This document shows positions 17,260 through 27,843 of a stretch of DNA of 32,000 bases, one piece after another. Made by a program: the position numbers and the translations under genes. The notes below the pieces were generated by a model that worked only from the letters and a program-made list of their open reading frames with translations, was not told the origin of the DNA and did not search any database. The DNA comes from Crocosphaera subtropica ATCC 51142 (GTDB lineage: Bacteria; Cyanobacteriota; Cyanobacteriia; Cyanobacteriales; Microcystaceae), in the NCBI RefSeq assembly GCF_000017845.1, contig NC_010546.1, positions 1,050,001 through 1,082,000 of the forward strand, read 5' to 3'. Numbering within the stretch: position 1 is the first letter of the stretch; each line of letters opens with the position of its first letter.

Positions 17260-18119
17260 ACATAAACACACTTTCTTAAGGGTTTTCTTCCATGAGTTCC
17301 CATTTGTTGACTACTGTTTCCTTTGCCATTTGGTAAAACTAAAATTTTTTCTATCATAAATCCTAAATTTTCAGCAATTTTAGACAATATTAAGTCAATG
17401 GATATACTAGCTCCAGCATAACGAACATTATCATTAACCATAAATAAAAATCCATCATCTTTTAGTATTCTAAAAGATTCTTGTATCACACATGACATTT
17501 CATAAAAGTAACCCTTAACCATTCTTAAAATACCATTATTATTTAGCTTTTTAATTTCTTTTTGATAGGATAAATAACGCAGAATTGTTTGTAAAAGTTG
17601 ATTGTTATCACAAATTTTAATTGCTTTTTCCCAATCGTTATTGATTTCAAGTAATGCTTTTTCTTTATTTTCAACTGTACAACTTAATAATTCTTGTCTT
17701 AACTGTCTTAACTTTTCTTCATCGACTCCTAATAAAGCTAATTCTAAGGCATAGGTTCGAGTGTAATCATATCGATTACAATAAGGAGGTGAGGTAATCA
17801 TTGCAGTATATTGATTAGATTCAATTTTCGGTAATATATTTAAACAAGAGCCTTGATATAATTTAACATTACCAGATTTTATTAAATTATCATTAAATAA
17901 TGATAGTTGTTTCTCATCACCTTGAAGATCATTAATAATTTCCTCAAGCTTAATTGTGATAGCTTCTTCAAAATTATAAATTTTTCCTTTGTCAAAGGCA
18001 CGACTTTTTATTTGTCTTCCAGAACGATAGTCCCATCGTAAGTATTGCCCATCTTTCCTGGTGAAACTCACAGATTCGAGAATGCTTAAAAGTGCTGTTA
18101 ATAAAATTTTCTGCACCAC
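17217..18119 (-). CDS. DNA N6-adenine/N4-cytosine methyltransferase, catalytic part (motif IV SPPY)
   Basis: Contains VKLYQGSCLNILP...AMITSPPYCNRYDY (SPPY at nt 17781-17792) and the C-terminal ...LRKCVYVWRK. It has no AdoMet-binding FxGxG motif of its own. GTG start. Confidence 0.7.
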   Translation of the reverse strand: MVQKILLTALLSILESVSFTRKDGQYLRWDYRSGRQIKSRAFDKGKIYNFEEAITIKLEEIINDLQGDEKQLSLFNDNLIKSGNVKLYQGSCLNILPKIESNQYTAMITSPPYCNRYDYTRTYALELALLGVDEEKLRQLRQELLSCTVENKEKALLEINNDWEKAIKICDNNQLLQTILRYLSYQKEIKKLNNNGILRMVKGYFYEMSCVIQESFRILKDDGFLFMVNDNVRYAGASISIDLILSKIAENLGFMIEKILVLPNGKGNSSQQMGTHGRKPLRKCVYVWRKKGPTLIIKNI

Positions 18120-18170
18120 TTCAGATTCTCTTTTAATTGTATATAAATATTGTCTTATCTGGATTTCTGT

Positions 18171-18656
18171 TTATTTTGTATAAGCACCTTTAGTGATTTT
18201 TAAAAAAGTCAAGTTATCTAAACCTTTTGACTGTTTCCAAGGCTGATCTTTTTGCCAATACTTTAATCTAGATATTTCAAAATTTTGTGCTTTATTCACT
18301 CCATATATTTTATTTTCAATCAGTTTAATTCCAATAGGTAATAACTCAATTCCTTCAGTATCATATCCTAATTCAGATGCAGCAAAAAGGGTTGTTCCTA
18401 TTCCAGCAAAGGGATCAAAAACAATTCCTTTTCGTACTTTATAGTCTTGCAAGAGAAATTTAACTAAACGTGATGAAAATGCTTCTTTATATTTATACCA
18501 TCGATAGAAAGCTTCTGTCTTATTAGCTTGAAAACTAACCAATGTTCTGTCTAATTGATTGTTAACTACTAAGACATCGTTAAAGTAGGTTAAAAGTTGT
18601 TCATCTAGGCAATTGATAGTAAATAATAAATTTTCAGATTTTGGGTCAGGTAACAT
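18171..18656 (-). CDS. DNA methyltransferase, AdoMet-binding part (motif I)
   Basis: Contains YRWYKYKEAFSSRLV...VFDPFAGIGTTLFAA (nt 18390-18416). It ends at a TAA that is in frame with the SPPY-containing ORF 16 codons downstream. Confidence 0.7.
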   Translation of the reverse strand: MLPDPKSENLLFTINCLDEQLLTYFNDVLVVNNQLDRTLVSFQANKTEAFYRWYKYKEAFSSRLVKFLLQDYKVRKGIVFDPFAGIGTTLFAASELGYDTEGIELLPIGIKLIENKIYGVNKAQNFEISRLKYWQKDQPWKQSKGLDNLTFLKITKGAYTK

Positions 18657-18745
18657 CTCAATACAATCAAAGGTAAAATTTTTACTTATATGCCCATTTT
18701 TTAGGGATAATTAGTTTTTGATTATGGCGTTATCCCTATTTATTT

Positions 18746-20764
18746 CTATTTTAAATCAGCGATCGCTCCTCTAGCCATCTGTGCGATCGCTTGATCGGTT
18801 GCCCTGGGTAACTGATAATAAGTGCCTCCGGCGGTTTGGGCCAACTCCTTCCCAAACCCGGTAGAAACAAATTTTTTCTCAGTATCTATCATCAATAACT
18901 TAATCCCTAACCCCCGAATTTTTCCTGCAATATCTAACAATTCTTGTTTTATATCTGGCTTTTCTCCTTCGGGTATGGGTTCCCCTAACGACTTAGCTAA
19001 AGGAATATTCCCCCGTCCATCGGTTATTGCAACTATCACCACTTGACCAATATCCCCAGACATCTTTGCATTCATCCCCACATGAACCGCCTGAGTTAAT
19101 CCGTGGGCTAAGGGTGAACCACCGCCACAAGGCAAGGTTTCCAGGCGTTTACGGGCTAAAGATATGGAACGGGTGGGGGGTAACAATACGTCTGCTTGTT
19201 CTCCTCTGAAGGGTATTAACGCCACTTGATCCCTGTTTTCATAGGCTTCTGTCAACAGACGCATCACTGCACCCTTAGCGGACTGCATCCGGTTTAAGGC
19301 CATTGACCCGGAAGCATCCACTACAAAGACGATTAAAGCCCCTGCTTTCCGTGCTAACCGCTTAGAACGGATATCTCCCTGTTCGACGATGACATTGCGG
19401 CCAGGATGCCTTAAACGGCGGGATTTTTGATAGGGGGCTGCTGCCCGTAAAGTGGCATCGACGGCAATACGTCTCACTTTCCCTTTGGGTAACATGGGTT
19501 TAACGTAGCGTCCCCGATCATCAGAAAAGATAATATTGCGACTGCCTGACTTCCCTTGGTTTTGCGCCATCTGTGCAAAATACAGCACACTAGGATCTAA
19601 GATCACCCCTTCAATATCAAAAACGAATTCTTCCGGAATACCGGGGGGTTCTTGTTCTGGTTCTTCATTATTATCTTCTTCCTCTTCTTGTTCCTCTTGA
19701 TCTTGGTTGGACTCATCTTGAGGTTGCTGGGGTGGGGGTGGTGGGGGTGGTTGAGGGGCATCTTCTGGGGGCGGTTGCATCATGGTAGAACGGGGGACGA
19801 TGACCAGTTCTACGGCCCGTCTCAGATCGTCTGAATTGATGGTATTTCGTCCATCTAGGGCTGCGGAGGCTTTGGCGACGCGAACGGCAAACAGTTCGGC
19901 ACGATGCCCTTCTACCCCTCCTCTGATGGCTTCCTCGACTAAATATTGAATCTGATCAGGGGTAATGGTCACTTCTTTTAACCATTCTCTAGCTAAAATA
20001 ATTTGAGTTTTAATATCGTCTATTTCGTCGTCATATTGAGCAAGAAAGCTTTGAGGAGAGTTTGCGTAATCTAGGGCTTGGTTTACCGCTTGTACCCGTT
20101 GATCTAGGGCTAAAACGCCATCTGCTGATAAGGCGATCGCAATTCGATCAAGTAAATGCCGTCTTAATGGTCCTTCTTCGGGGTTATAAGTAGCGATAAG
20201 AATAGGTTGACAGGGATGTTGAAAGCTGATCCCTTCTCTTTCTATTTGGTTTCTCCCTTCGCTTAATACACTTAAGAGTTGGTTGGAGATTTGATCGTCT
20301 AAGAGGTTTATCTCATCTACGTATAACACGCCTCGATGTGCCTGTGCCAACAACCCCGGTTGAAAGATAGCTTCCCCTTGTTTAACGGACTCTTCTACAT
20401 CAACTGAACCTAATAATCTATCTTCTGTAACCCCGATGGGAACTTGAATAAAGGGGGCGGGGACTATTTCTGTGGGGATATCTTGAGAAGGAGTGTTTAA
20501 ATATTGTTCTTGGGTGTTGTTGTCCCATTCGCTGGGTTTGTTGCGATCGCAGTTAAAGGGATTATCTTCTATTCGTTCAATGGGAGGTAAAAGGGCGTGT
20601 ATTCCCCTTGCCAGAACTGATTTTGCCGTCCCTCGTCTTCCGGCAATAACCACACCCCCTAACCCTGGGTCGACTGCTGCTAATAATAAGGCGAGTTTGA
20701 TGGCTTCTTGGCCAACAACGGCAGTTAAGGGGAAGTTTAATGGGGTTGCGGTGAGGGTAGGCAT
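18746..20764 (-). CDS. chlD: Magnesium chelatase subunit D
   Basis: Has an AAA+ N-terminal domain ([39 protein letters not shown]), a Pro-rich acidic linker ([30 protein letters not shown]) and a C-terminal vWA domain ([10 protein letters not shown]). The track start at 20794 is a TTG. The ATG at 20764 ([13 protein letters not shown]) is the more likely start. Confidence 0.92.
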   Translation of the reverse strand: MPTLTATPLNFPLTAVVGQEAIKLALLLAAVDPGLGGVVIAGRRGTAKSVLARGIHALLPPIERIEDNPFNCDRNKPSEWDNNTQEQYLNTPSQDIPTEIVPAPFIQVPIGVTEDRLLGSVDVEESVKQGEAIFQPGLLAQAHRGVLYVDEINLLDDQISNQLLSVLSEGRNQIEREGISFQHPCQPILIATYNPEEGPLRRHLLDRIAIALSADGVLALDQRVQAVNQALDYANSPQSFLAQYDDEIDDIKTQIILAREWLKEVTITPDQIQYLVEEAIRGGVEGHRAELFAVRVAKASAALDGRNTINSDDLRRAVELVIVPRSTMMQPPPEDAPQPPPPPPPQQPQDESNQDQEEQEEEEDNNEEPEQEPPGIPEEFVFDIEGVILDPSVLYFAQMAQNQGKSGSRNIIFSDDRGRYVKPMLPKGKVRRIAVDATLRAAAPYQKSRRLRHPGRNVIVEQGDIRSKRLARKAGALIVFVVDASGSMALNRMQSAKGAVMRLLTEAYENRDQVALIPFRGEQADVLLPPTRSISLARKRLETLPCGGGSPLAHGLTQAVHVGMNAKMSGDIGQVVIVAITDGRGNIPLAKSLGEPIPEGEKPDIKQELLDIAGKIRGLGIKLLMIDTEKKFVSTGFGKELAQTAGGTYYQLPRATDQAIAQMARGAIADLK

Positions 20765-20852
20765 TCCTGGAATATTTTTAACGATTAATGCCAATGTATC
20801 ATGAACCCTGACCGTAAATACACTACCGTACGGGTTTAAGATAATTATCCCT

Positions 20853-23800
20853 CTACCATAATGGCGGTTTATCAGAAGAAGGTTCAGGTTTAGGTTGAAG
20901 GATTTTTTGATTATTCTTATCAGATGTTTGAGTTGTTTTAGGACTAGGAGAAGTTTTCGGTCTATTGTTTGCTTGTTGGCGATTTTTCAACTGTTGAATA
21001 TTAGCGGTAATATTTTCAATTGTCTGATTAATTTTTAACAGTTGTTCATTAATTTGTACTTGTAACGTTCTATCTCCATTCGTATTAATAGTTTGGAGTC
21101 TATTTTTGATGGTGTCCCACTGACCTTTAGCAAGGTTATAGTCTTGAATTGTTGTAGCGGATTTCGTTTGAATCATGGCTTGTTTGATCAAATCGTTAAT
21201 ATTATTAAACTGTTGTCGAAACTGTTGTTTTTTGACAACTTGCTGATTAATTTCTTCAATTTTATTATTAATCGTGTTAATTGTTGTCTCTGTTGATTGT
21301 TTTTCTGTTTGTACTTGAGAAGCGAAGAATTTTGCTGAAGAAATCTGATCCAATTGTTCTTTTACCTGTTCCCATTGTTGTTTCGCTTGTTGATAATCTT
21401 CGAGGGTATTAGCTGTTTGTAAAATTTGAGTCGCTTCTATGGCTAATTGAGAGGCTTCTGTCAATTGTTTTTGTGCTGATTCTTCTTCAGAAAGAGTCGT
21501 ATCAACTTGGGCTAACTGTTTTTCAAAGCGGTTTAATGTTTCTTGAGATTGAGGATAAATAGAGACATCAGTGGGCAAATTTTTCAATTGACCCATAATA
21601 GCCACCAAGCGATCGCGGTATTCTTTTAATTCTTCAAAACTTTCTGCATTTTCCATCTCTAATATAACCCCTTCTCCTTCCGTTAGAGCTTGGGTGTATA
21701 ACCCTTCAAATTCTCGATCCCTAGCACAATTATCCAACAGTTTACACACACCAGCAATATAGGGCGATTGCAGGGTCATTCCTAGGACTCCCAACGTCAA
21801 AAAAGCAGTTATAAACCCGGCTGCCACATAGCCTATTTTTATACCAAAAGGGGAAGAACGTTGGGGTGAACTAGGCTGTTTTTTTATTGTCTGAGACGGT
21901 TTAACGGTTCCTAATACATATTGTTGACAAATAAGAGAGGCTTGTTTTTCACTCTCCGTTTTCGGGTGTCGTAAACGAGGGTGATCTTGTAATCTTTGAG
22001 CGCAAATTTTTAACCAAGTTTGCCAAGTTCCCCCCATTTCGATCTTAAGGGTTCCATCTAAATAACCACTAATTAACTGTTGGCCATCAGGACTAAACTC
22101 AATACAAGTCACTTCACTATTTTGATGAGGCTGAGGATAACTTAACGATTCTCCTTGAACCGTCCATAAACGCAAGTTACCATCCGATCCACCACTAGCC
22201 ACGATTTGACCATTGGGACTAAAGGCAATCTTAGTAATCGAAGCATCATGACAGGCAAGAATCGGCCGTTGAGTGACATTTTTGAGATCCCAAAAACAGA
22301 GATTTCCCTGTTCGTGGCCACTAACTAAAATATTCCCTTGGGGACTCATAGCCAGATCAGTGATTTTCCCTTGATTACTCTTAGATATCATCGTTCCTAA
22401 CCATTGGCTTTCTTCTGGCCATTGTTCACACTGAGGGAAGTCGAAGTGCCAAATTTGACCTCTAGCATCGCTGGCCATCACTTTTTGACCATCAGGGGTA
22501 AACAGGACTGAAGTAATTTCATCTTCCATCTGTCCCTGCTGACAGAACTGACCCTGAGAAGTCCACAGTTTTACCCTGCCATCCTGTCCCCCAGTGACAA
22601 GATAATTGCCTTGGGGATGATACGCCAGACAAGTTACATCCCCGTCATGGGCTTTAATTAACTCGGTGAGAGGTTTTCCTTCTCCAGTCCATAGACGAAT
22701 GGTTTCATCCCAACTACCAGTGACAAAACTGTCTCCTTGGGGACTATAAGCGATACAAGTAACATCCCCATTATGGGCCTGAATCGGGTTGCTGATGGGC
22801 TTGCCCCCTAAATTCCAAAAACGAATCGATCCATTACCCCAATTACTGATCAACCGTTGACCATCCGGACTCATCCCTACCGCCCAAACCGCACAATATT
22901 CACTCTGAGTCCCTTTAAACAACCGTTGACCTTCAATGTCCCAAAACCGAACCTCCTGGTCACTACTACCGCTAATTAAGGTTTTCCCATCGGGGGTAAA
23001 AGCGATGTCTCGAATCGATCCTTGATGACCCAGAAAAGGGGCATAAATCATCTGTCCGTAACGGTTCTGGAGGCGAATGGTGCGATCGCTACTACCACTG
23101 GCAATCATTTCACCATCGGGACTAATGGCCACACATAAGACATAATCCTCATGACCTTCTATGGGAGGACCCATTTCTTTACCTTCTAAATTCCAAAGGC
23201 GAATGGTTTTATCCCAACTCCCACTAATAAAGTAATGACCATCGGGACTAAAGGCTACTGACTCGATGCGTTGTTGATGAGTGGTAATGGGATCAATGAT
23301 TTCTTTACCTTCTAAATTCCAAAGGCGAATGGTTTTATCCCAACTACTACTGACAATGGTTTGACCATCAGGACTAATAGCAATGCTAGTGATTTCTCCG
23401 TCGTGTCCCCAGAAAGGGGGTTTAAGGGGTTCTCCTTGAAAATTCCACATTTTGAGGCTGCGATCGCTGCTACCAGTGATAAAATAATCCCCTTGGGGAC
23501 TACAAGCTAAGGCCGTTATCCCTGCGTCGTGGCCTTCTATGGGATGTGTGACCGCTTGTCCGTGGCGGTTCCAGAGGATAAAGGTGCGATCGCTACTACC
23601 ACTGATCAGATATTGACCATCGGGACTAAAGGCCAAAGTGGTCACTTTTTCCCCGTGACCCGATAAAGGATCTATCAGTAATTGTCCTTGAGGGTTCCAC
23701 AGGCAAATGGTTCCGTCCCAACTGCCACTAGCAATCATGGTTCCATCGGGACTCACGGCCACTGTGGATACTTTGTCTTGATGACCGAAACAGCAATTTT

Positions 23801-24041
23801 TTTCCCTTGCCCCTTCTAGGGTAGCCCGTAAACTCGCTTGTACAGTGGGTAAAATGGTTTGGGGCAGTTTCTCTATGTTTTCTCCGACGGTTTCAATGGC
23901 TAGAGTTAAACTATCGAGGGGTCGTACTGGGAGAAGTTGGGGCGATCGGGTTGCTTTTTCCCTTAATGTTGATTGAATCAGGGCATCATTTAACTGTTTA
24001 ACGTTTTGTTTTGGAGTCTTAACTGGATGAAATTTCCACAT
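20853..24041 (-). CDS. WD40-repeat protein (14 blades) with one transmembrane helix and a C-terminal coiled-coil, low-complexity tail
   Basis: I counted fourteen SP(D/Q/N)G...W(D/N) repeat units, consistent with two 7-bladed propellers. These are followed by the TM helix [22 protein letters not shown] (nt 21771-21836). The final ~300 aa are Q/E/K-rich heptad-like sequence ending in a Pro/Lys-rich tail. Confidence 0.85.
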   Translation of the reverse strand: MWKFHPVKTPKQNVKQLNDALIQSTLREKATRSPQLLPVRPLDSLTLAIETVGENIEKLPQTILPTVQASLRATLEGAREKNCCFGHQDKVSTVAVSPDGTMIASGSWDGTICLWNPQGQLLIDPLSGHGEKVTTLAFSPDGQYLISGSSDRTFILWNRHGQAVTHPIEGHDAGITALACSPQGDYFITGSSDRSLKMWNFQGEPLKPPFWGHDGEITSIAISPDGQTIVSSSWDKTIRLWNLEGKEIIDPITTHQQRIESVAFSPDGHYFISGSWDKTIRLWNLEGKEMGPPIEGHEDYVLCVAISPDGEMIASGSSDRTIRLQNRYGQMIYAPFLGHQGSIRDIAFTPDGKTLISGSSDQEVRFWDIEGQRLFKGTQSEYCAVWAVGMSPDGQRLISNWGNGSIRFWNLGGKPISNPIQAHNGDVTCIAYSPQGDSFVTGSWDETIRLWTGEGKPLTELIKAHDGDVTCLAYHPQGNYLVTGGQDGRVKLWTSQGQFCQQGQMEDEITSVLFTPDGQKVMASDARGQIWHFDFPQCEQWPEESQWLGTMISKSNQGKITDLAMSPQGNILVSGHEQGNLCFWDLKNVTQRPILACHDASITKIAFSPNGQIVASGGSDGNLRLWTVQGESLSYPQPHQNSEVTCIEFSPDGQQLISGYLDGTLKIEMGGTWQTWLKICAQRLQDHPRLRHPKTESEKQASLICQQYVLGTVKPSQTIKKQPSSPQRSSPFGIKIGYVAAGFITAFLTLGVLGMTLQSPYIAGVCKLLDNCARDREFEGLYTQALTEGEGVILEMENAESFEELKEYRDRLVAIMGQLKNLPTDVSIYPQSQETLNRFEKQLAQVDTTLSEEESAQKQLTEASQLAIEATQILQTANTLEDYQQAKQQWEQVKEQLDQISSAKFFASQVQTEKQSTETTINTINNKIEEINQQVVKKQQFRQQFNNINDLIKQAMIQTKSATTIQDYNLAKGQWDTIKNRLQTINTNGDRTLQVQINEQLLKINQTIENITANIQQLKNRQQANNRPKTSPSPKTTQTSDKNNQKILQPKPEPSSDKPPLW

Positions 24042-24106
24042 AATTAATTCAATAAAAAAATATATAGATGTTTGATAGATATAATTTACTTTCCCTATTC
24101 CCTTCT

Positions 24107-25396
24107 TTATAATTTACACTCAGACAGTCTTGGGGTTAAATAGGACATTCGACTATAAACGACAGCAATGTTTAGACCCCAACTCCAACGGGGTAAATGA
24201 CCAGGAGGAGCATTAAGAGAGAAGTTAAGGTCATCATATAAATAATAATCGGGATCATTAGGGTTGTCTTGTTTTGCCCATCCCACTTGTTGAGCAAATT
24301 GACGATAAATATTGATATCAACGGTTTCAGAAAGACCTAAACTTTTATAAATTCGTTGTTGTACACTTAAGCCAAATTGACCTTGGGAAGATTCGACCCA
24401 AAGGCGATCGATGGTTTGTAAATCTTCACAAGCAATATCTTCTAATTCGGTACTGGTAATAAACCCAGAATTATCTTGATCCCCTGCTTTTGTCATCAGA
24501 TCGTAGGTCATTTCATCGGCCTGTTGCCATTTTTGTTCTTGTAATAAGGTTTTTAACGCCGTATAGTCAACTCCTGTGGTTTGGGACACTAGGGTAGTCG
24601 AAGGAGGATTTTGAGAGGGTTGAACGGGATCAATAATAATAGTAGGAGTTGGGGGTGGGGGGGGTAAAGCACTGCTAGAGGAGGTTTTTACCTTAGCTAA
24701 TAAGGTGGGAGTGATGGCAATACCTAGATTGAACCCTGTTTTGACGTAGATGTTATCATAGTCTGTGCTTTGGGTTTGAGTGGTATCAGCCCGTCCATGA
24801 ATGCCTACCACTTCCCCTTGTTCGTTAAAGACGGGGCCGCCACTCATGCCGGGTAGGGTATCATTGGTGTAAACTAACCCATAACCATCTCTTAAATCTC
24901 CTGAAGCCGTAGCGGTCAGTTTTCCGGGAACAAAGGTATAAATCGAAGCATCAATGGCTGTGGTAGGTAAAGGAAATCCGGATACATAGACCGTTGTTCC
25001 TTCAATCAGTCGTTCTCCGTTGCCTAGTTTCGCCGTTTCGTAGGGGCGATCGCTATTAAATTCGAGGATGGCTAAATCCATCCCTGAAATAACCTCTATG
25101 TTATTGGTATTAATTAAATGACGTTTTTGGTCAGAGGTAACCACATAAGCTTCTTCTCCAGGGTAGACATTCCCTACTACATGGGCAGCCGTAAAGAGAC
25201 GATAGGTATTACCGATTTTATCAAAAATAACCCCGGTACCGTTACTCCCTGGACCTTCGATTAAAACGGTCACATTTTTTGCCAAACGACTAATTTGCGT
25301 CGCTGATAAAGCCATAACAGAAAACGTGGGAACAGTCAGGATCATAACTATTGTTCCCACCCTGGGCATTAAATATTGACAAAGATAGTTATCCAT
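24107..25396 (-). CDS. Trypsin-like serine protease fused to a GUN4 (porphyrin-binding) domain, with an N-terminal signal or anchor
   Basis: The catalytic triad contexts are TAAHVV (H72), DLAILEF (D107) and GMSGGPVF (S185). A Pro/Ser linker follows. Then comes DYTALKTLLQEQKWQQADEMT...CEDLQTIDRLWVESSQGQFGLSVQQRIY, which closely resembles the GUN4 core as I recall it. Confidence 0.8.
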   Translation of the reverse strand: MDNYLCQYLMPRVGTIVMILTVPTFSVMALSATQISRLAKNVTVLIEGPGSNGTGVIFDKIGNTYRLFTAAHVVGNVYPGEEAYVVTSDQKRHLINTNNIEVISGMDLAILEFNSDRPYETAKLGNGERLIEGTTVYVSGFPLPTTAIDASIYTFVPGKLTATASGDLRDGYGLVYTNDTLPGMSGGPVFNEQGEVVGIHGRADTTQTQSTDYDNIYVKTGFNLGIAITPTLLAKVKTSSSSALPPPPPTPTIIIDPVQPSQNPPSTTLVSQTTGVDYTALKTLLQEQKWQQADEMTYDLMTKAGDQDNSGFITSTELEDIACEDLQTIDRLWVESSQGQFGLSVQQRIYKSLGLSETVDINIYRQFAQQVGWAKQDNPNDPDYYLYDDLNFSLNAPPGHLPRWSWGLNIAVVYSRMSYLTPRLSECKL

Positions 25397-25450
25397 GAGG
25401 GTTAAAATTAGCGATCGCTTCCTAGCTTATCACTTGAAGAAAACCCTATT

Positions 25451-25969
25451 TTAGTTAGAGTGTTTGGCTTGAGTGAGATAATCCTCAAAATTGATATAAA
25501 CTCGACCGGAGGTTTCGTTTAATGGGCCACTGGCGTGAACTCGTACAGCCATTAATTGTTTTAAGGCTTGAGTGGGATCACTTCCCGGTTTTAAGGTAAA
25601 TAGCAGTCCTTCACAACTTCCACCTTGTTTCTGGGTAACGCAAACCACAGGCATACGGTTCATACGTCCGGTGGTTAGGTATTTTAACTGTCCACTGTTA
25701 TAAAAGTATTGAAAACGACCCGATACTAATTGACACCGGGTACTAGGATCGTAACCAGAGTCACTGAAATAGTCGGACTGCCATACTAAAACGGGAACAC
25801 TTTCTTGATCTGGAGTTTTCGCTAAGGTAGCAGGAACCCCCTGCCAGTTTTGACAAAGAAAGTTAGTACCAACATTTTTAGCTTGTATAGACGGGTTGAA
25901 GCCAAAATGACTGATGGCTACTGTTGCCCCAACAGTGGCAAGGGTGGCTAATAAATTTACTTTCATCAT
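25451..25969 (-). CDS. COP23 (circadian oscillating polypeptide) family secreted protein
   Basis: Has a signal peptide, then F.C..W.G.P.T......PV.VW.S..F...GY....RC..VS.RFQ and C.G.LFTLKP. This cysteine pattern matches the COP23 family. Memory-based call. Confidence 0.65.
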   Translation of the reverse strand: MMKVNLLATLATVGATVAISHFGFNPSIQAKNVGTNFLCQNWQGVPATLAKTPDQESVPVLVWQSDYFSDSGYDPSTRCQLVSGRFQYFYNSGQLKYLTTGRMNRMPVVCVTQKQGGSCEGLLFTLKPGSDPTQALKQLMAVRVHASGPLNETSGRVYINFEDYLTQAKHSN

Positions 25970-26111
25970 TCGACCTTTTTGTCAATCATAATTAACTATT
26001 TCAATATAACTGAATCTCAGAAAATGTACTGACTAAGACCTGGCTAACCCCTTCAGTAGAATCCGCTACAATCTAAAATAAGATAAGTTCTACTCATTTA
26101 AACAATCACTT

Positions 26112-27797
26112 GTGAACGCCTCACAAACCCTCATTCCCGAATTTGACCCCATTGATGCGGCCTTAGCGGATATTAAAGCTGGTCGTGCAATTATCGTTGT
26201 GGATGACGAAAACCGTGAAAACGAAGGGGATATCATTTGCGCTGCTCAATTTGCCACCCCTAATATGATTAATTTCATGGCAGTAGAAGCCAGAGGATTA
26301 ATCTGTTTGGCCATGAACGGTCAACGGTTAGATGAGTTAGACCTTCCTTTGATGGTTACCAAAAACACCGACAGTAATCAAACGGCTTTCACCGTCAGTA
26401 TTGATGCGTCTCCCCATCTGGGTGTTTCTACAGGTATCTCCGCCGAAGATCGGGCCCGTACCATTCAAGTCGCTATTAATCCTAACACCCAACCGGAGGA
26501 TTTAACCCGTCCTGGGCATATTTTCCCTATTCGGGCTAAAGTAGGAGGGGTTCTTAAACGGGCTGGTCACACCGAAGCAGCCGTGGACTTAGCAAGACTA
26601 GCGGGACTTTACCCAGCTGGAGTGATCTGCGAGATCCAAAACCCGGACGGTTCCATGGCCCGACTGCCTCAACTATTTGATTATGCCAAAAAACACAACC
26701 TGAAACTAATTAGCATTGCCGACTTAATTAGTTATCGCCTCAAACACGATCGCTTTGTTTATCGGGAAACCGTCTGTCAGTTCCCTAGTAAGTTCGGCAC
26801 ATTTCAACTCTACGCTTACCGCAACGTTTTAGATGATACCGAACACGTTGCCATTGTTAAAGGAGACCCCAGTGAGTTTAAAGAGCATCCTGTGATGGTA
26901 CGGATGCACTCGGAATGTTTAACCGGGGACGCTTTGGGTTCCCTCAGATGTGACTGTCGAATGCAACTACAAACTGCCTTACAAATGATTGAAAAAGCAG
27001 GATCGGGGGTTGTAGTGTATCTTAGACAAGAAGGTCGAGGGATCGGTTTGGTCAATAAGTTAAAAGCCTATTCTCTGCAAGATATGGGTCTGGATACTGT
27101 CGAAGCTAACGAAAAATTAGGGTTTCCTGCGGACCTACGAGACTATGGCATGGGGGCCCAAATGTTAAATGACTTAGGGATCAAAAAAATTCGCTTAATT
27201 ACCAATAACCCCCGAAAAATTGCAGGTTTAAAAGGCTATGGTTTAGAAGTAATTGAACGGCTTCCTCTGTTAATTGAACCTAACAATTATAATTCTAGTT
27301 ATTTATCCACCAAAGCTGAAAAATTAGGACATTTATTCTTACAAACCTATTTAATTACCATTGCCATTGACTGGGAAACCCAAACGGGATCAGTCAGAGA
27401 AAGATATCATAACTTAGAAGAAGTTCGCCAGTTAAGTCGTTCCGTTCAATTAGTCCTGCAAGAAGAAGCAAGACCCGTGGCGATCGCTTTATTTGAACAA
27501 CCTTCTTTGATCTTTCATCTCGGTTTTGAACAGCTACAGATGGTAAAAGCTAATTGGTATAAAAATATGAATCATCCTTATGTTCAAGCCATTACTAATA
27601 TTCTCGATAGTTTAGTCACTTGGCCAAATATCAAACGGTTAGAATTTTTAGTTTCATCAGGGGATGATCCCATGTTAGGACTACAAGTCAAATTAGATCG
27701 TCGTCCCTTTTCTATTAAGAAAAAACCCTCTCAATGTACCCTTCCTTGGGAACAACAAACTATTTATAGTTTTACTGAATACACAGTTAATAGTTAA
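26112..27797 (+). CDS. ribBA: Bifunctional 3,4-dihydroxy-2-butanone-4-phosphate synthase / GTP cyclohydrolase II, with a C-terminal extension of about 150 aa
   Basis: The RibB part has [12 protein letters not shown] and [14 protein letters not shown]. The RibA part has [19 protein letters not shown] and NPRK. The canonical end, [11 protein letters not shown], falls near aa 408. GTG start. Confidence 0.92.
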   Translation: MNASQTLIPEFDPIDAALADIKAGRAIIVVDDENRENEGDIICAAQFATPNMINFMAVEARGLICLAMNGQRLDELDLPLMVTKNTDSNQTAFTVSIDASPHLGVSTGISAEDRARTIQVAINPNTQPEDLTRPGHIFPIRAKVGGVLKRAGHTEAAVDLARLAGLYPAGVICEIQNPDGSMARLPQLFDYAKKHNLKLISIADLISYRLKHDRFVYRETVCQFPSKFGTFQLYAYRNVLDDTEHVAIVKGDPSEFKEHPVMVRMHSECLTGDALGSLRCDCRMQLQTALQMIEKAGSGVVVYLRQEGRGIGLVNKLKAYSLQDMGLDTVEANEKLGFPADLRDYGMGAQMLNDLGIKKIRLITNNPRKIAGLKGYGLEVIERLPLLIEPNNYNSSYLSTKAEKLGHLFLQTYLITIAIDWETQTGSVRERYHNLEEVRQLSRSVQLVLQEEARPVAIALFEQPSLIFHLGFEQLQMVKANWYKNMNHPYVQAITNILDSLVTWPNIKRLEFLVSSGDDPMLGLQVKLDRRPFSIKKKPSQCTLPWEQQTIYSFTEYTVNS

Positions 27798-27843
27798 TAT
27801 ATAGCAGTTCTCATACTTGTTACGTAAACCATTTTCTAGTTTT

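Noticed and set aside
18822-21296. Track ORFs 18822..19046, 19027..19209, 19652..19834, 20493..20804 and 21093..21296 (all +)
   Set aside because: They are antisense to chlD and the WD40 gene. Several merely mirror the Pro/Glu-rich linker as Trp/Gly/Leu runs.
25970-26111. Possible FMN riboswitch upstream of ribBA
   Set aside because: I could not find the conserved FMN-element core segments or a plausible multi-stem fold. The region is AT-rich promoter-like DNA shared with the divergent COP23 gene.
26816-27055. Track ORF 26816..27055 (-), inside ribBA
   Set aside because: It is antisense to a strongly supported CDS.
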